Part shown: positions 37,130 through 49,826 of the stretch, in pieces
Position numbering within the stretch: the stretch's first letter is position 1
Layout of the letters: every line of letters begins with the position of its first letter
From: Octopus bimaculoides
Taxonomy: Eukaryota
Reading direction: 5' to 3'
Length of the DNA stretch: 64,000 bases
Assembly: GCF_001194135.2 (NCBI RefSeq)
Contig: NC_068981.1
Span: 63,503,636 to 63,567,635, forward strand
Made by a program: the position numbers and the translations under genes
Notes under the pieces: model-generated
The model's input: only the letters and a program-made list of their open reading frames with translations
What the model was told of the DNA's origin: nothing
The model's database searches: none

Positions 37130-38230
37130 ACATCCGATTGAACTTGGACGAGCTGTAACATTATTTATAAAAATTTACTGTCGTTGTTTAAGCCTTCTCT
37201 CACAGGAAACCATCAAGGTGCTTGAAAAACTGGTAGTCGGTAGGAGAAAGGTCTGGGGAATAAACTGGGCGAAGAAGAACTTCGTAGCCAAGTTCTCTCT
37301 ACTTTTGGAGTGTCATTAGTGAAACGTGTGGTCGTGCATTGTCATGACGAATGATTGGCCCTCTTTTGTTGACCAGTCTGGGACGGAAAGTAGCAGTTTT
37401 TCGTTCATTTTGGCAATTTCATGGCAATATGTTACTGTAGTAATGGTTTTTCCGGGTTTAAGAAGTTATAGTGGATGAGGACAGCAGTACACCACTAAAC
37501 AGTGACCATAACCTTCTGTTTGAAAAGCTCGGTTTTAGGGAAGGATTTTCGTGCTTAGTTTTCGTCCAACCACTGCGAAGAACGTTTTTTATTATTGTAC
37601 AGAATCCACTTTTCGTAACAAGTTACAATACGGTCGAGAAATGGATTCTGGTTACGAAGAAGCGACGAACGAATTTCATATCTGCGCATTTTCTGATTTT
37701 CATTCAAATCGTGTGGTGCCCGTCTATCAAGCTTTTATGATTTTCCGATCTCATGCAAATAGTTACAAACAGTTTTGCCAGTACTCGAGTGGTTTTACTT
37801 GGATCTTTCTCAATGTTGGTCTTTAATTGACCGTCATCGATGACAGATGGGCGTCCACAACTCTCACGATCTTCAAGGCTCAGGTCTCCACTGCGAAATC
37901 GTTTAAACAATTTTCGAGCTGACCACTCACTGGTCATTTTCTCACTAAACGTTTCATTGATATCGTGAGCAGTTTCAGCTGCTTTACGTCCTTTTTTGAA
38001 GTTGAATAGCAAAATTGCCCGCATATCGAGCTTTGACAGTTCCATTTCAGATGGTTGTAACAACGGTGAAAAAAATATCAAAGTTTATCTATTGATGCAT
38101 TTGAACAACTCTTTGTCTGTACTATCAGACAATTTTTAAAAAAATGTTTTAAAAATTGCAAAACACTGCAAAAATCCGGTACAATCTGTTCAAGGTTCAA
38201 AATGTTGCTTACCTTTTACTCAACCTGATA
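37130..38230 (-). mobile_element. Mariner (Tc1/mariner) transposon, decayed, one TIR retained
   Basis: RAILLFNFKKGRKAAET...KRFRSGDLSLED...GRP helix-turn-helix region, then IVTCYEKWILY and KVMVTV in a shifted frame. TIR tatcaggttgagtaaaaggtaagc with terminal TA at 38229-38230. Stops and frameshifts present. Confidence 0.92.
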
Positions 38231-38322
38231 GATAACGAATAGATTTTCAAACGCATAACGAAATTCAGACTCCTTAATTAACCAGTGAACGAATTCAACT
38301 TGTTTGAATTCAGAATGGTATG

Positions 38323-38516
<194 letters not shown>

Positions 38517-38517
38517 A

Positions 38518-39225
38518 GCAGCGAGCTGGCAGAATCGTTAGCATGCTGGACGAAATGCTTAACGGTNNNNNNNNNNNNNNNNNNNNNNNNNNNNNNNNNN
38601 NNNNNNNNNNNNNNNNNNNNNNNNNNNNNNNNNNNNNNNNNNNNNNNNNNNNNNNNNNNNNNNNNNNNNNNNNNNNNNNNNNNNNNNNNNNNNNNNNNNN
38701 NNNNNNNNNNNNNNNNNNNNNNNNNNNNNNNNNNNNNNNNNNNNNNNNNNNNNNNNNNNNNNNNNNNNNNNNNNNNNNNNNNNNNNNNNNNNNNNNNNNN
38801 NNNNNNNNNNNNNNNNNNNNNNNNNNNNNNNNNNNNNNNNNNNNNNNNNNNNNNNNNNNNNNNNNNNNNNNNNNNNNNNNNTAAGTACCAGTGAAACAAT
38901 AGGATCGGTGTCAACGACTCATACCTTCCTCCAAAATGGTTGTTCCTGTGCCAAAATTTGATACCATTATTATTATCATTATTAAAAGCGGCAAGCTGGA
39001 AGAATCGTTAGCACGCCGGGTAAAATGCTAAGCGTCATTTGGTCTACCCTTACGTTCTGAGTTCAAATTCCGTCGAGGTCGAAAATGCTTTTCATTCTTT
39101 CGGAGTCGATAATTTAACTACCAGTGAAACACTGGGGTCGATGTAATTGAATAGTCTCCTTCCCCCAAATTTCAGGCCTTGTGCCTTTAGTAGAAAGGAT
39201 TATTATTATTATTATTATTGTTGTT
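38518..39225 (+). mobile_element. Two head-to-tail SINE A copies (first spans a gap)
   Basis: 38518-38975 and 38985-39200, each ending in ATT-rich sequence. Confidence 0.88.
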
Positions 39226-39764
39226 GTTGCTGCTGCTGTTTTTGTTGCTGTTGCCTATACAAAATTTCTTAAGTTTCACTTTTTCAAGTAGTCTGAAGAA
39301 ATATGAACTTCTTATCTGACCCGAGCCAAACCTTTAGGCTGCATGCGAATGCATCATCCAACTGCAATTTGCTGATGTAAGGTGTAATCAGTAGGAGAAG
39401 AAGAGGCTACCTAATCTGATAAAAGTAGAGTGAGTGCAAACACCTTTCTAAAGAGTTAAAGAGGGAGTTCTCGGCTTTCAGTGTGTTGAAGGGTCACGAA
39501 GGGAACAAAGAATCGAGAACACTGCAACGAGTAAGCACAGATTATCAGCTGTACAATGATATATCTCAACTACTTCTGACCAGCGAACACCAGCGAACAC
39601 CAGCACCACCGCCGCCACCACCACCACCACCGCCGCCACCGCCACCATCAAAACCACCACAACCATTCAAAACCACCGCCGCCGCCGACGTCAACATCAC
39701 CACCACCACCACTACCACCACCACCATACATATGCGCACACTCACACATGCATAGATGAAAATT

Positions 39765-39900
39765 CCTCCGTCGGTTTCGACGAGGCCCATTCAGCTGTTC
39801 GATCTACAGAATGTCCGACACGTTAAATTAACGTCCTATTGGCTGAGTATTCCTGAAACACGTGTAATTTTTACATAGTTTCCGAGCCGAATCATCTTGA
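39765..39900 (-). mobile_element. Decayed C/B2-type SINE tail
   Basis: ctccgtcggtttcgacgagg...aaattaacgt...ggctgagtattcc...cacgtgta resembles 23727-23850. Confidence 0.6.
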
Positions 39901-40131
39901 GAGATTATAGCAAGTCTGAAGCTTTTAATTACAGATAGAATCCATCTGACGGGCTTCCACATAGTTTCCAGCAACTCAATTTTGTTCACAAAACATGAGC
40001 TGACCCAAGATTATGGTTAAAGGTACTTACCCAAAGTGCCACGCCGTGAAAATAAACCGAAGACATCCTCACAGCCATGCGATCTTCTAAACCGCTTGAT
40101 TATAACTGCACAACGTACACACACAATACAA

Positions 40132-40163
<32 letters not shown>

Positions 40164-40200
40164 ACACACACGCACATATATATACGCACATACATACACA

Positions 40201-40272
40201 CATGCATAAACATACACACATGCATAAACATACACACATGCATAAACATACACACATGCATAAACATACACA
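40201..40272. repeat. 18 bp minisatellite x4
   Basis: catgcataaacatacaca repeated four times. Confidence 0.9.
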
Positions 40273-40973
40273 CACATTAAAATTTGTTTTCTTCTGTATG
40301 TCGTATTTAAAAAAAAATCAGTGCCTCTATTCAATACATTTCGTACACATACTTTTACAAGAATGGAAGTGACAGTGACTTCGAAGCATCGCCCTACTAG
40401 TCTTTATCGGACTTCGAAATCATTGTTACCATTCACACAAACACACATACACACACATCATTCTATATTTCTCCCACACTTTACTAAATTGTTTTGTGTG
40501 TGTGTCTGTGTGTGTTTGCTTGTGTGCGTGTGTGTGCTTGTGTGCTTCTCTCTCTCTATCTCTCTCTNNNNNNNNNNATATATATATATATATGCGCGCA
40601 CTTATACATACTCACAGCAAAAATCATGCACACTTGCAAACACATTTATTAACGACAATCATCATTAATTTTAATATTATCTTTAATTAACCAATAATAA
40701 CCACTGTGTGACTCACGTACCACTTCCGAACATACGGCACAGCTTTCTCTTGTCTTCCACTCTCTGACCTGAAGTTGCTCAAGAATTGAATATATAACAC
40801 ACAGCCTTTCTTAGTGCAGCCCCCACTAGATCTAGAAATAAAACACCCCGTCTTAATTTCAGTGCCACGCCCTGCTTAGTTTAGTTAGAGAGAAAAAGAA
40901 AGATAGATAGACAGAGAGAAAAGCTAGATGGATAGGTAGGTAGATAGACAGACATATAGATAGAGATAAATAG

Positions 40974-41076
<103 letters not shown>

Positions 41077-41912
41077 GAGAGAGAGAGAGAGAGAGAAAGG
41101 GCGTAGGAGTAAGAAGGGGATACACTGCAGTATGAATATAAAGTTGCAGATAGAAGGCACCACTCAAAAATGTGCGTATGTATGTATGTATTTGTATGTA
41201 TGTATGTAGGTAGGTACGTACGTACGTATGTACGTATGTATGTACGCATGTGTGAGAGTATATATATATATATATATATATATATATNNNNNNNNNNNNN
41301 NNNNNNNNNNNNNNNNNNNNNNNNNNNNNNNNNNNNNNNNNNNNNNNNNNNNNNNNNNNNNNNNNNNNNNNNNNNNNNNNNNNNNNNNNNNNNNNNNNNN
41401 NNNNNNNNNNNNNNNNNNNNNNNNNNNNNNNNNNNNNNNNNNNNNNNNNNNNNNNNNNNNNNNNNNNNNNNNNNNNNNNNNNNNNNNNNNNNNNNNNNNN
41501 NNNNNNNNNNNNNNNNNNNNNNNNNNNNNNNNNNNNNNNNNNNNNNNNNNNNNNNNNNNNNNNNNNNNNNNNNNNNNNNNNNNNNNNNNNNNNNNNNNNN
41601 NNNNNNNNNNNNNNNNNNNNNNNNNNNNNNNNNNNNNNNNNNNNNNNNNNNNNNNNNNNNNNNNNNNNNNNNNNNNNNNNNNNNNNNNNNNNNNNNNNNN
41701 NNNNNNNNNNNNNNNNNNNNNNNNNNNNNNNNNNNNNNNNNNNNNNNNNNNNNNNNNNNNNNNNNNNNNNNNNNNNNNNNNNNNNNNNNNNNNNNNNNNN
41801 NNNNNNNNNNNNNNNNNNNNNNNNNNNNNNNNNNNNNNNNNNNNNNNNNNNNNNNNNNNNNNNNNNNNNNNNNNNNNNNNNNNNNNNNNNNNNNNNNNNN
41901 NNTCTAAATGAA

Positions 41913-42337
41913 AGGCGGCGAGCTGGCAGAAACGTTAGCACGCCGGGCGAAGTGCTTAGCGATACTTTGACTGCCGTTACGTTCTGAGTTCAAATTCCGC
42001 CGAGGTCAACTTTGCCTTTCATCTTTTCGGGGTCGATAAATTAAGTACCAGTTACGCACTGGGGTCGATGTAATCGACTTAATCCCCTTGTCTGACCTTG
42101 TTTGTCCCCTCTATGTTTAGCCCCTTGTGGGCAATAAAGAAATAAGAAACGTTAGCACGCTGGGCGAAATGCTTAGCAGTATTCCATCTGTCTTTACGTT
42201 CTGGGTTAAAATTCCGCTGAGGTCGACTTTGCCTTTCATCCTTTCGGGGTCGATAAATTAAGTACCAGTTGCTTACTGGAGTCGATGTAATCGACTGGCC
42301 CCCTCCCCGAAAGTTTCGGGCCTGCCTAGAGTAGAAA
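41913..42337 (+). mobile_element. Two tandem SINE A copies with different tails (A1 then A2)
   Basis: 41913-42144 ends with ...ccccttgtgggcaataaagaaata; 42145-42337 ends with ...gggcctgcctagagtagaaa. Confidence 0.92.
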
Positions 42338-42367
42338 TGAATAGTTAGCACAAAGGGCAAAACGCTT

Positions 42368-42741
42368 TTATTTGTTTTAGCCATTTGACTGCAGCCATGC
42401 TGGAGCACCACCTTTAGTCGAACAAATCGACCCCAGGACCTATTCTTTGTAAGCTTTGTACTAATTCTATCGGTCTCTTAATACCGAACTGCAAAGTTAC
42501 GGGGACGTAAACTCAGCAGCATCGGTTGTCAAGCGACGGTGGGGGGACGAACACACACACAAGCACACACATATATACGACGGGCTTCTTTTCGTTTCTG
42601 TCTACCAAATGCACTCACAAGGCTGTGATTTGGTCGGCCCGAGGCTATAGTAGAAGACACTTGCCCAAGGTGCCTCGCAGATCGACTGAACCCGGAACCA
42701 TGTGGTTGGTAAGCAAGCTACTTACCACAGAGTCACGCCTG
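42368..42741 (-). mobile_element. SINE family D, full length
   Basis: tRNA-like head, CORE-like ggcaccttgggcaagtgtcttct, central (TG/TA)n and CR1-like tail. Confidence 0.92.
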
Positions 42742-43499
42742 GTCGACTTCGCCTTTCATCCTTTCGGGTCGATAAATTAAATACTAGTAAATTACTAAGG
42801 GCGATGAAATCAACTGGACTCCTCTCCACAACTGTCAGGCCTAGTGTTTATATTAGAAATGATTCATTTCTAAATGGTACAGCACGCTATCAGTTTGTTC
42901 TTATTTATTGAAACTGCTTTGTCAAGCCTTCAAGAACAACCATGTCCCTTTATTTTTAGGGTCGTTGACAGTAGTGAGAAAAGAGAAAAAATTATCTTCC
43001 AGCCGGAGACCTGACCGAATGCTTGTAACAGTGTGAACTTCACTGAAGTCATCTAGAGACTAGGTGATGGTCTTAAACCAGGCTATGAATCATGTCTATC
43101 TACCACCCAGGGGTACGCAATGAGTAGGAATAAATAGCTAAAAGCGCTTCGTTTGGCACTGTACCAATTCTGTGAATCCGCCGCCCTGGACTGGACGAAA
43201 GACAAAGGGAATTTGATGTTAGAGAGGAGTGAGAGCCGCAGCAAACATCGAACAGTATTTTTGCTTTACACACACTCTGAAACATTTGTCTATTCATTGC
43301 CCATCGCTATTGTTCTTGTAGCCATTTGTGCAATTATTTGCCTTTTTGCCCCAGGTCAACCTGATCGAATAGATCTGTGATTAAGGATGGGCTATCCATG
43401 ATTATTCCGTAATTTTTGTTTTTACAAGTCAGGCTCTGTCTGTCTAAGATTACAATAACTTTCAAATTTTGTCATAAGACCAGCAATTTGATGGGGTGG

Positions 43500-43660
43500 G
43501 GGCAAAGTCAGTTACAACGACCCCAGTACTTACTGATATTTTGATTTATCGAAATATGAAAGGCAAAGTTGACCATTGCGAAACTTGAAATGAGAACGTA
43601 ACGAGTCGGAAGAAATACTGTCAGGTATTTTGTTCGGCCCTTCAACGATGGGCCAGCTCA
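43500..43660 (-). mobile_element. SINE family A, highly diverged
   Basis: gaccccagtact...ttatcga...tgaaaggcaaagttgacc...gaacgtaa. Confidence 0.6.
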
Positions 43661-44137
43661 TCGCCATATTTAGGACTCTATTAGAATCGCGAAGTTGTAT
43701 GTTTTGTATCAGCAAAACATATACAACTTCAAGATCCATCGGTAAAAAATTGGGGTGAATTTGAAACTGGAGAAGACAAAAACATTACATCGTGAGAGAG
43801 AGAGCCATTATAATTTGAATATAAACTAATACTGCTTCACTCGCAAATAATTTTTATTCAACTTACCGACTACATGCGACATCAGTCATCTTTAATCACT
43901 GCTTTACTATATCGGTTCCCGGATTGTGGCCGATTTTCGCTTAGCATGCAATGGATACTTTCCTACTGCTGAAGATAAAATACATATTTAGCAATGTCAC
44001 TGCCAGTGTTGGATGAATCTTTGTGTTTTTTAACAGATAACTTCTCGAGAAGACGTTCAACAGTATATCTACTTTAAATGTTATACAAACTAATACAATT
44101 TCGTCGCTAATAAGAAACGTATGTATGTATGTATGTA

Positions 44138-44195
<58 letters not shown>

Positions 44196-44199
<4 letters not shown>

Positions 44200-44400
44200 C
44201 ATGGCCTAGTGGTTAAGGGTGTTGCACTCACGATCTGAGATCGTGGTTTCAATTCCTAGACCTAGTGGTGCGTTGTGTCCTTTAGCAAATCACTTTATCT
44301 CACGTTGTTCTACGATCACTTCGACACCTGACGCGTGGCATACCGTGCACCTGTTCAGGTAATGTCGATGAGATGGAGGGGTGTGCTAACGTACGGCACA
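44196..44400 (+). mobile_element. SINE family E (C-type head and centre, different tail)
   Basis: atggcctagtggttaagg A-box, gtttcaattcc B-box and ttgtgtcctttagcaaatcactttat centre. Tail matches the reverse complement of 52380-52480. Confidence 0.8.
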
Positions 44401-44440
44401 TGTATGTATGTATGTATGTATGTATGTATGTATGTATGTA

Positions 44441-44490
<50 letters not shown>

Positions 44491-45032
44491 NNNNNNNNNN
44501 NNNNNNNNNNNNNNNNNNNNNNNNNNNNNNNNNNNNNNNNNNNNNNNNNNNNNNNNNNNNNNNNNNNNNNNNNNNNNNNNNNNNNNNNNNNNNNNNNNNN
44601 NNNNNNNNNNNNNNNNNNNNNNNNNNNNNNNNNNNNNNNNNNNNNNNNNNNNNNNNNNNNNNNNNNNNNNNNNNNNNNNNNNNNNNNNNNNNNNNNNNNN
44701 NNNNNNNNNNNNNNNNNNNNNNNNNNNNNNNNNNNNNNNNNNNNNNNNNNNNNNNNNNNNNNNNNNNNNNNNNNNNNNNNNNNNNNNNNNNNNNNNNNNN
44801 NNNNNNNNNNNNNNNNNNNNNNNNNNNNNNNNNNNNNNNNNNNNNNNNNNNNNNNNNNNNNNNNNNNNNNNNNNNNNNNNNNNNNNNNNNNNNNNNNNNN
44901 NNNNNNNNNNNNNNNNNNNNNNNNNNNNNNNNNNNNNNNNNNNNNNNNNNNNNNNNNNNNNNNNNNNNNNNNNNNNNNNNNNNNNNNNNGATGATGATGA
45001 TGATGATGATGATATACATATGTATATATAGA

Positions 45033-45075
<43 letters not shown>

Positions 45076-45437
45076 TCACAAGATTATTTATTCTCTGTGA
45101 TAGAATAAATGCTATATCTTAATGATTTATAAACATCTAATTATAATTATCAAAGTGAAATAATTATCCGAAAAGCCATTCCTATTCATTTTCCAAACAT
45201 AAAATACTGTACTAACGACTTTCTATTTCTCATTCTAGTATACATACATACATACATACGTATATATATATATATACACACACACACGCATATATATATG
45301 TATGCATGTATATATGTGTGTGTGCGTGTATGTATGTATATATACATATATAGTCTATATAGTCTATGGACTAAATTTTTACATGCTAGGCCACTGGTAG
45401 TAGAAATTTCTAATATTTCTCATTACCCCTGATATTA

Positions 45438-45480
<43 letters not shown>

Positions 45481-47699
45481 TTGTTGAAGGGATATGATAT
45501 GTGACAGATATATATACTGCGTGAAAACATTCTATCACGTTTTAATGTTATATATCATATTATTGCGCTATATATCGTTTGAGGTGTATTTGATCTTCTA
45601 TAGCTTGTATGTACGTTTATGTGTATATGTACTTCAATCTATGTATTTTGATATATATGAGATTGCGTGTGACGGAATCAATTAAAGATACTTCATTTTT
45701 ATACATTATACACGTATGTATTACATTGTGTTATAGATTTCTATATTACGTTAAAGATTTGTTACGTTATAGGTTATATTTCACTATAGATATGAAAATA
45801 TTGAAATTAATTAATTTCTGAAATTAAATAAAAAAAGCTTTATCTAACCGACATACATCCGTAATTAACCTTTCTTGTTTTTGTTTTCTTTCTGACAATA
45901 AACCCACAAATAGCGATAATATACAAAATACATACTAAAGAAGCTGTCTGCCCTTAAATGTGTATCTATTAGTCACCGCCTCCCTTATTACTCCTCCTCA
46001 AGTTTATTGCTTTATCTTGCTCGTTATCCTTTATTTGGCCTCTGAGATAAATTAAGATAATAAGATAAGTCAAGAAAAATGAGAGTTAAGAAGGAAAAAG
46101 ACGGGATGAAGTTAGCACGCAATGACTAAATTAATAGAGCTTTTCTTCACTTTTTTTATTTTTTTAGGGGTGAAACCTTTTTTAAAGGAAGACTGCTGCT
46201 ACTTCTTAATATATTTTTGTAAATGAAACATCTTGTCGGAGATGAAAGAGCGAAATGGAAAAAGGGAGAAAGGATAAGATAAAATGGAAGTGAAGAAAAG
46301 AGAATAAGATTGTAGGAGAAGGAAGAAAAAGAAGAGGGAAAGACGGTAAGAGTAGAAGATAAAATTGAGGAAGAAAAAAACGATATGAAGTATGGGCAAT
46401 TGAAAGAAAGAAAAGAAGGCGGATTGAGAGAGAGAAGAGAAGGAGTGAAGAAAAGAAAGACTGAGAAAGAAAGAAACAGAGAGGTTGAGTGAATAAATGA
46501 ATGAGAAAAGTATACAATAAAGACACGAAATAACAGGGAATAACAGAGAAATGTAAGTAAAGAAAGCAATATGAATATAACTGGAGAATGAAAGCGAGAA
46601 TATTAGAAAAATTGAGACGACTAAAGCAAATATAAAATAATGGAAAGAAAAAGTAGAAAAAAGGGCAAAAAAAAAAAACTAAGCAAGAACGAAGAATGAA
46701 ATAAATAAATAAAAAAAGAAAATGAAGCTTGGAAGAATGAATAAAAGAGAATGGTGTCCATATCAGTAGGACGGTTCATAATAAAGTTTTATAGAGCAGA
46801 AATTAAGATATTAGCAAAGATTAAAAGTACGTCTTGTATTTAAGACATGATTATTGGTAAGTCAAAACCTCCGAAGCGCCAAACCTGTTATCAGTCGACT
46901 AATTATCTGATGAACTTTAAGTAGCACTTAGTAGCCGTAATTAGTGTATATCAAGCTATGTGTTTGGTTAGATGGTTGTTGATTGGTTTGTTTTGCGATA
47001 GACGATGGGTGGTGATCGTAGTGGTAGTGATGGTGGTAGTGGTGGTGGTGGTGGTAGTGGTAGTGGTGGTGGTGGTAGTCGTAGTGGCAATGGGCGGTGA
47101 CGGTAAATGAGTGGTGGTGGTGGTGGTTGTGGTAGTGGAGGAGGATATCGTGAAGTTGGGTTTTGCTTGATAGCCGAACATTTTTAACCTTGAGAGAAGC
47201 TTCCACGTGGAATATCGACTTGCTAGAAATTGTAGCAAATTCTCCTTCAAATCTCACTCTACTGTCTACACACACACACACACACACACAAACACAGAAA
47301 GGAACACTGTCTAATGAAGTTAGTCCTAGATATTCTGCATCTGAGTAGATGGGACGACCATGTTTGGAAAGCTTTTGCTCATAAGTCCATTCGATCTCTG
47401 CCGACCTGAGATGACAACAGCAATTTATGTTTGCATATTTGTAAACTTTTTTTCTTTTATTAGCTACTGACACTTTGGACTGTGGCCATACTGGAGTAGA
47501 ATATGGAGTCTTGTAGGATATAGTTGATTGCACTGTAACCACACACAGGATGCTTTCCATCGTGCATGTTGTCTAAGAGTACGCTCCTCAATAAGTAAAC
47601 TTAGAGTGGTTGTTGATTTAGTCCTCCATGATCCGGCTAGACAACAGATTGTGCTAAGTTCCACTTCGCCACTGGCCCTCATAAAGGATACAGTCGATT

Positions 47700-47906
47700 A
47701 TAATAATGATTTCAAATTTTGGCACAATGCCATCAATTTCGGGGTAAGAAGTAAGTCGATTACCTCAACTGGTACTTATTTCATCGAGCCTGGAAAAATG
47801 AAAGGTAAAATCGACCTTGGCGGAATTTGTACTCAGAACGTAAGAACGGATGAAATATTGCTAAACATTTTTCCTGGCATACTAACGATTCTGTCAGCTC
47901 ACCGCC
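47700..47906 (-). mobile_element. SINE family A
   Basis: Aligns to the A copies; head ggcggtgagctgacagaatcgttag. Confidence 0.85.
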
Positions 47907-48741
47907 TTCCAGTCAATTAACTAATATTAGTATTTCTTTTATCGGCTGGTCCTTATTTAAGACAGTGAAGTGGTGGGGTCACTAGAACATTGAATTGAAT
48001 GCCGTGTAATTTTGTATTTGAGTTCAAGTTACATCAAGGTCGGTTTTGCCTTTTGTTTTTCATGCTTGATAAAGTACCACTCAGTGGTAGAACTGATAGA
48101 TCGTTTGAACTGAATACTTTGCAGTATTTGCTCCGATTCTTTGTATTGTGGTACAACGCGTGTAGCGACTATGGTGTCAAGCTCACTCGGCCTTAAGGCG
48201 TTGGTTTTCCTTTAGGTAACATCGGAGACGTGGAGAGGGCACACTCACATGGATGGATAACTGCTAGTCTTCCACTGAAATCTGGATGGCTGTTCCTCCT
48301 GCCCACGTGGCTGGAAATCAATACAAGCAATAGCTGGACTTTATTCCTGTGACGGTGAAGCATCCCGCTCAGATCAGGAGGAATATTGTACTCTCGGTCG
48401 CTTATGCGCCACGGAAATCAACAAAAGCTCTGCTCTAATGGACGTGAAGGCTCGTAGCAAACCTAAGATCTAATATGGAGGTAAATTTCACTAAGCAAAA
48501 GAACTGAGAGTTCGAAGTGGAGGACGCTGCTTTTCCCTAAAATATTTCGTAAGTTCGAAACGATACGTGTGCCTTTTCCTTTTTTTTTTTTTTTTGATAG
48601 GAGTATGTGTGGAAATTATTATTAAAGTGAATTACTCGGAGACGCCATCTGCCAGAAAATTATTGTTAAGTTATTGTTAAAGTGTTAAGATATTTAATGT
48701 AGCGAGTCTGATAAGGGTACACTAGGCACTTGCATCACAAC

Positions 48742-49078
48742 CATATGTGCGCGACATGGTGATCTCATATCAAGATAAACAGCGCATAATCTTACAGGTG
48801 AGGCCTAGTTAGAATTTTCTTCAGATTGAGTAGCTCATCCCGCTCAATAGGGGTTGTTTAAGGATGTTGAACGAAACTTCATATGTGCGCGACATGGTGA
48901 TCTCATATCAAGATAAACAGTGCATGACCTCGCAGGTGGGGCCCAGTTAGAATTTTTTTCAGGTCGAGTAGCCCATCCCGCTCAAAAGGTCCCTGAATAA
49001 GGTTTGTTTAAGGATATTGAGCAAAACAAAGGTAAATTATTCAAACCTCAAAGAATTCCTCTTAACACATGGCTATGA
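48742..49078 (+). repeat. Family H repeat with a diverged tandem duplication (period 138 bp)
   Basis: catatgtgcgcgacatggtgatctcatatcaagataaacag starts at both 48742 and 48880. Confidence 0.85.
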
Positions 49079-49083
49079 TTATT

Positions 49084-49792
49084 AAGGGCGGTGAGTTGGT
49101 AGAGTCGTTAGCACGTCGGGCAAAATATTTAGCGGTATTTCGTCTGTTTTCGCGTTCTGAGTTCAAATCTCGCTGAGGTAGACTTTGCTTATCATCTTTT
49201 CGGGGTCGATAAATTAAGTACAGTGAAACACTGGAGTCATGCCTTTAATAGAAAGGATTATTATTATTATTATTCAACAAATTCCACCGAGGTCATCTTT
49301 GCTTTTCATCTTCTGGGTGTCGATAAATTAAGTACCAGTGAAACGCTGGGGTCGATGTAATCGACTTACTTCCTCCTACCAAATTTCAGGCCTTGTGCCT
49401 TCAGTAGAAAGGTTTATCATTATTATTATTTAACAAATTACGCCGAGATCGACTTTGCCTTTCATCCTTTCGGAGTCGATAAATAAATTTCCAGTTGAGT
49501 ATTGGGGTCGATGTGATCGACTGTCCCCACGCCCTACAAGATGCAGGCCTTGTGCCTACAGTAGAAAGGATTATTAGTATTATCCAGTGCGGCGAGCTGG
49601 CAGAATTGTTAGCACGCCAGACAAAATGCTTTGCAGCATTACGTCCATCTTTATACTCTGAGTTCAAATTCATCTGAAGTCGATTTTGCCTTTTATTCTT
49701 TCGGGGTCGATGAAATAATTACTAGTTATGCACTTGGGTCGTAATCAACTTACCCGCCACCAAAATTCTAGCCTTGTGCTTATGGAAGAATA

Positions 49793-49820
<28 letters not shown>
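49084..49820 (+). mobile_element. Array of four head-to-tail SINE A copies
   Basis: About 49084-49258, 49275-49412, 49432-49568 and 49585-49790, each followed by an ATT-rich tail. Confidence 0.9.

Positions 49821-49826
<6 letters not shown>

Noticed and set aside
46150-46760. Purine-rich tract giving Phe/Ser/Leu-rich minus-strand ORFs that look like membrane proteins
   Set aside because: Low-complexity GA-rich sequence; the apparent hydrophobicity is a composition artefact.
49084-49820. Repeat-spacer-like array suggestive of CRISPR
   Set aside because: Units are 140-200 bp diverged SINE copies with ATT tails in a eukaryotic context, with no cas genes.
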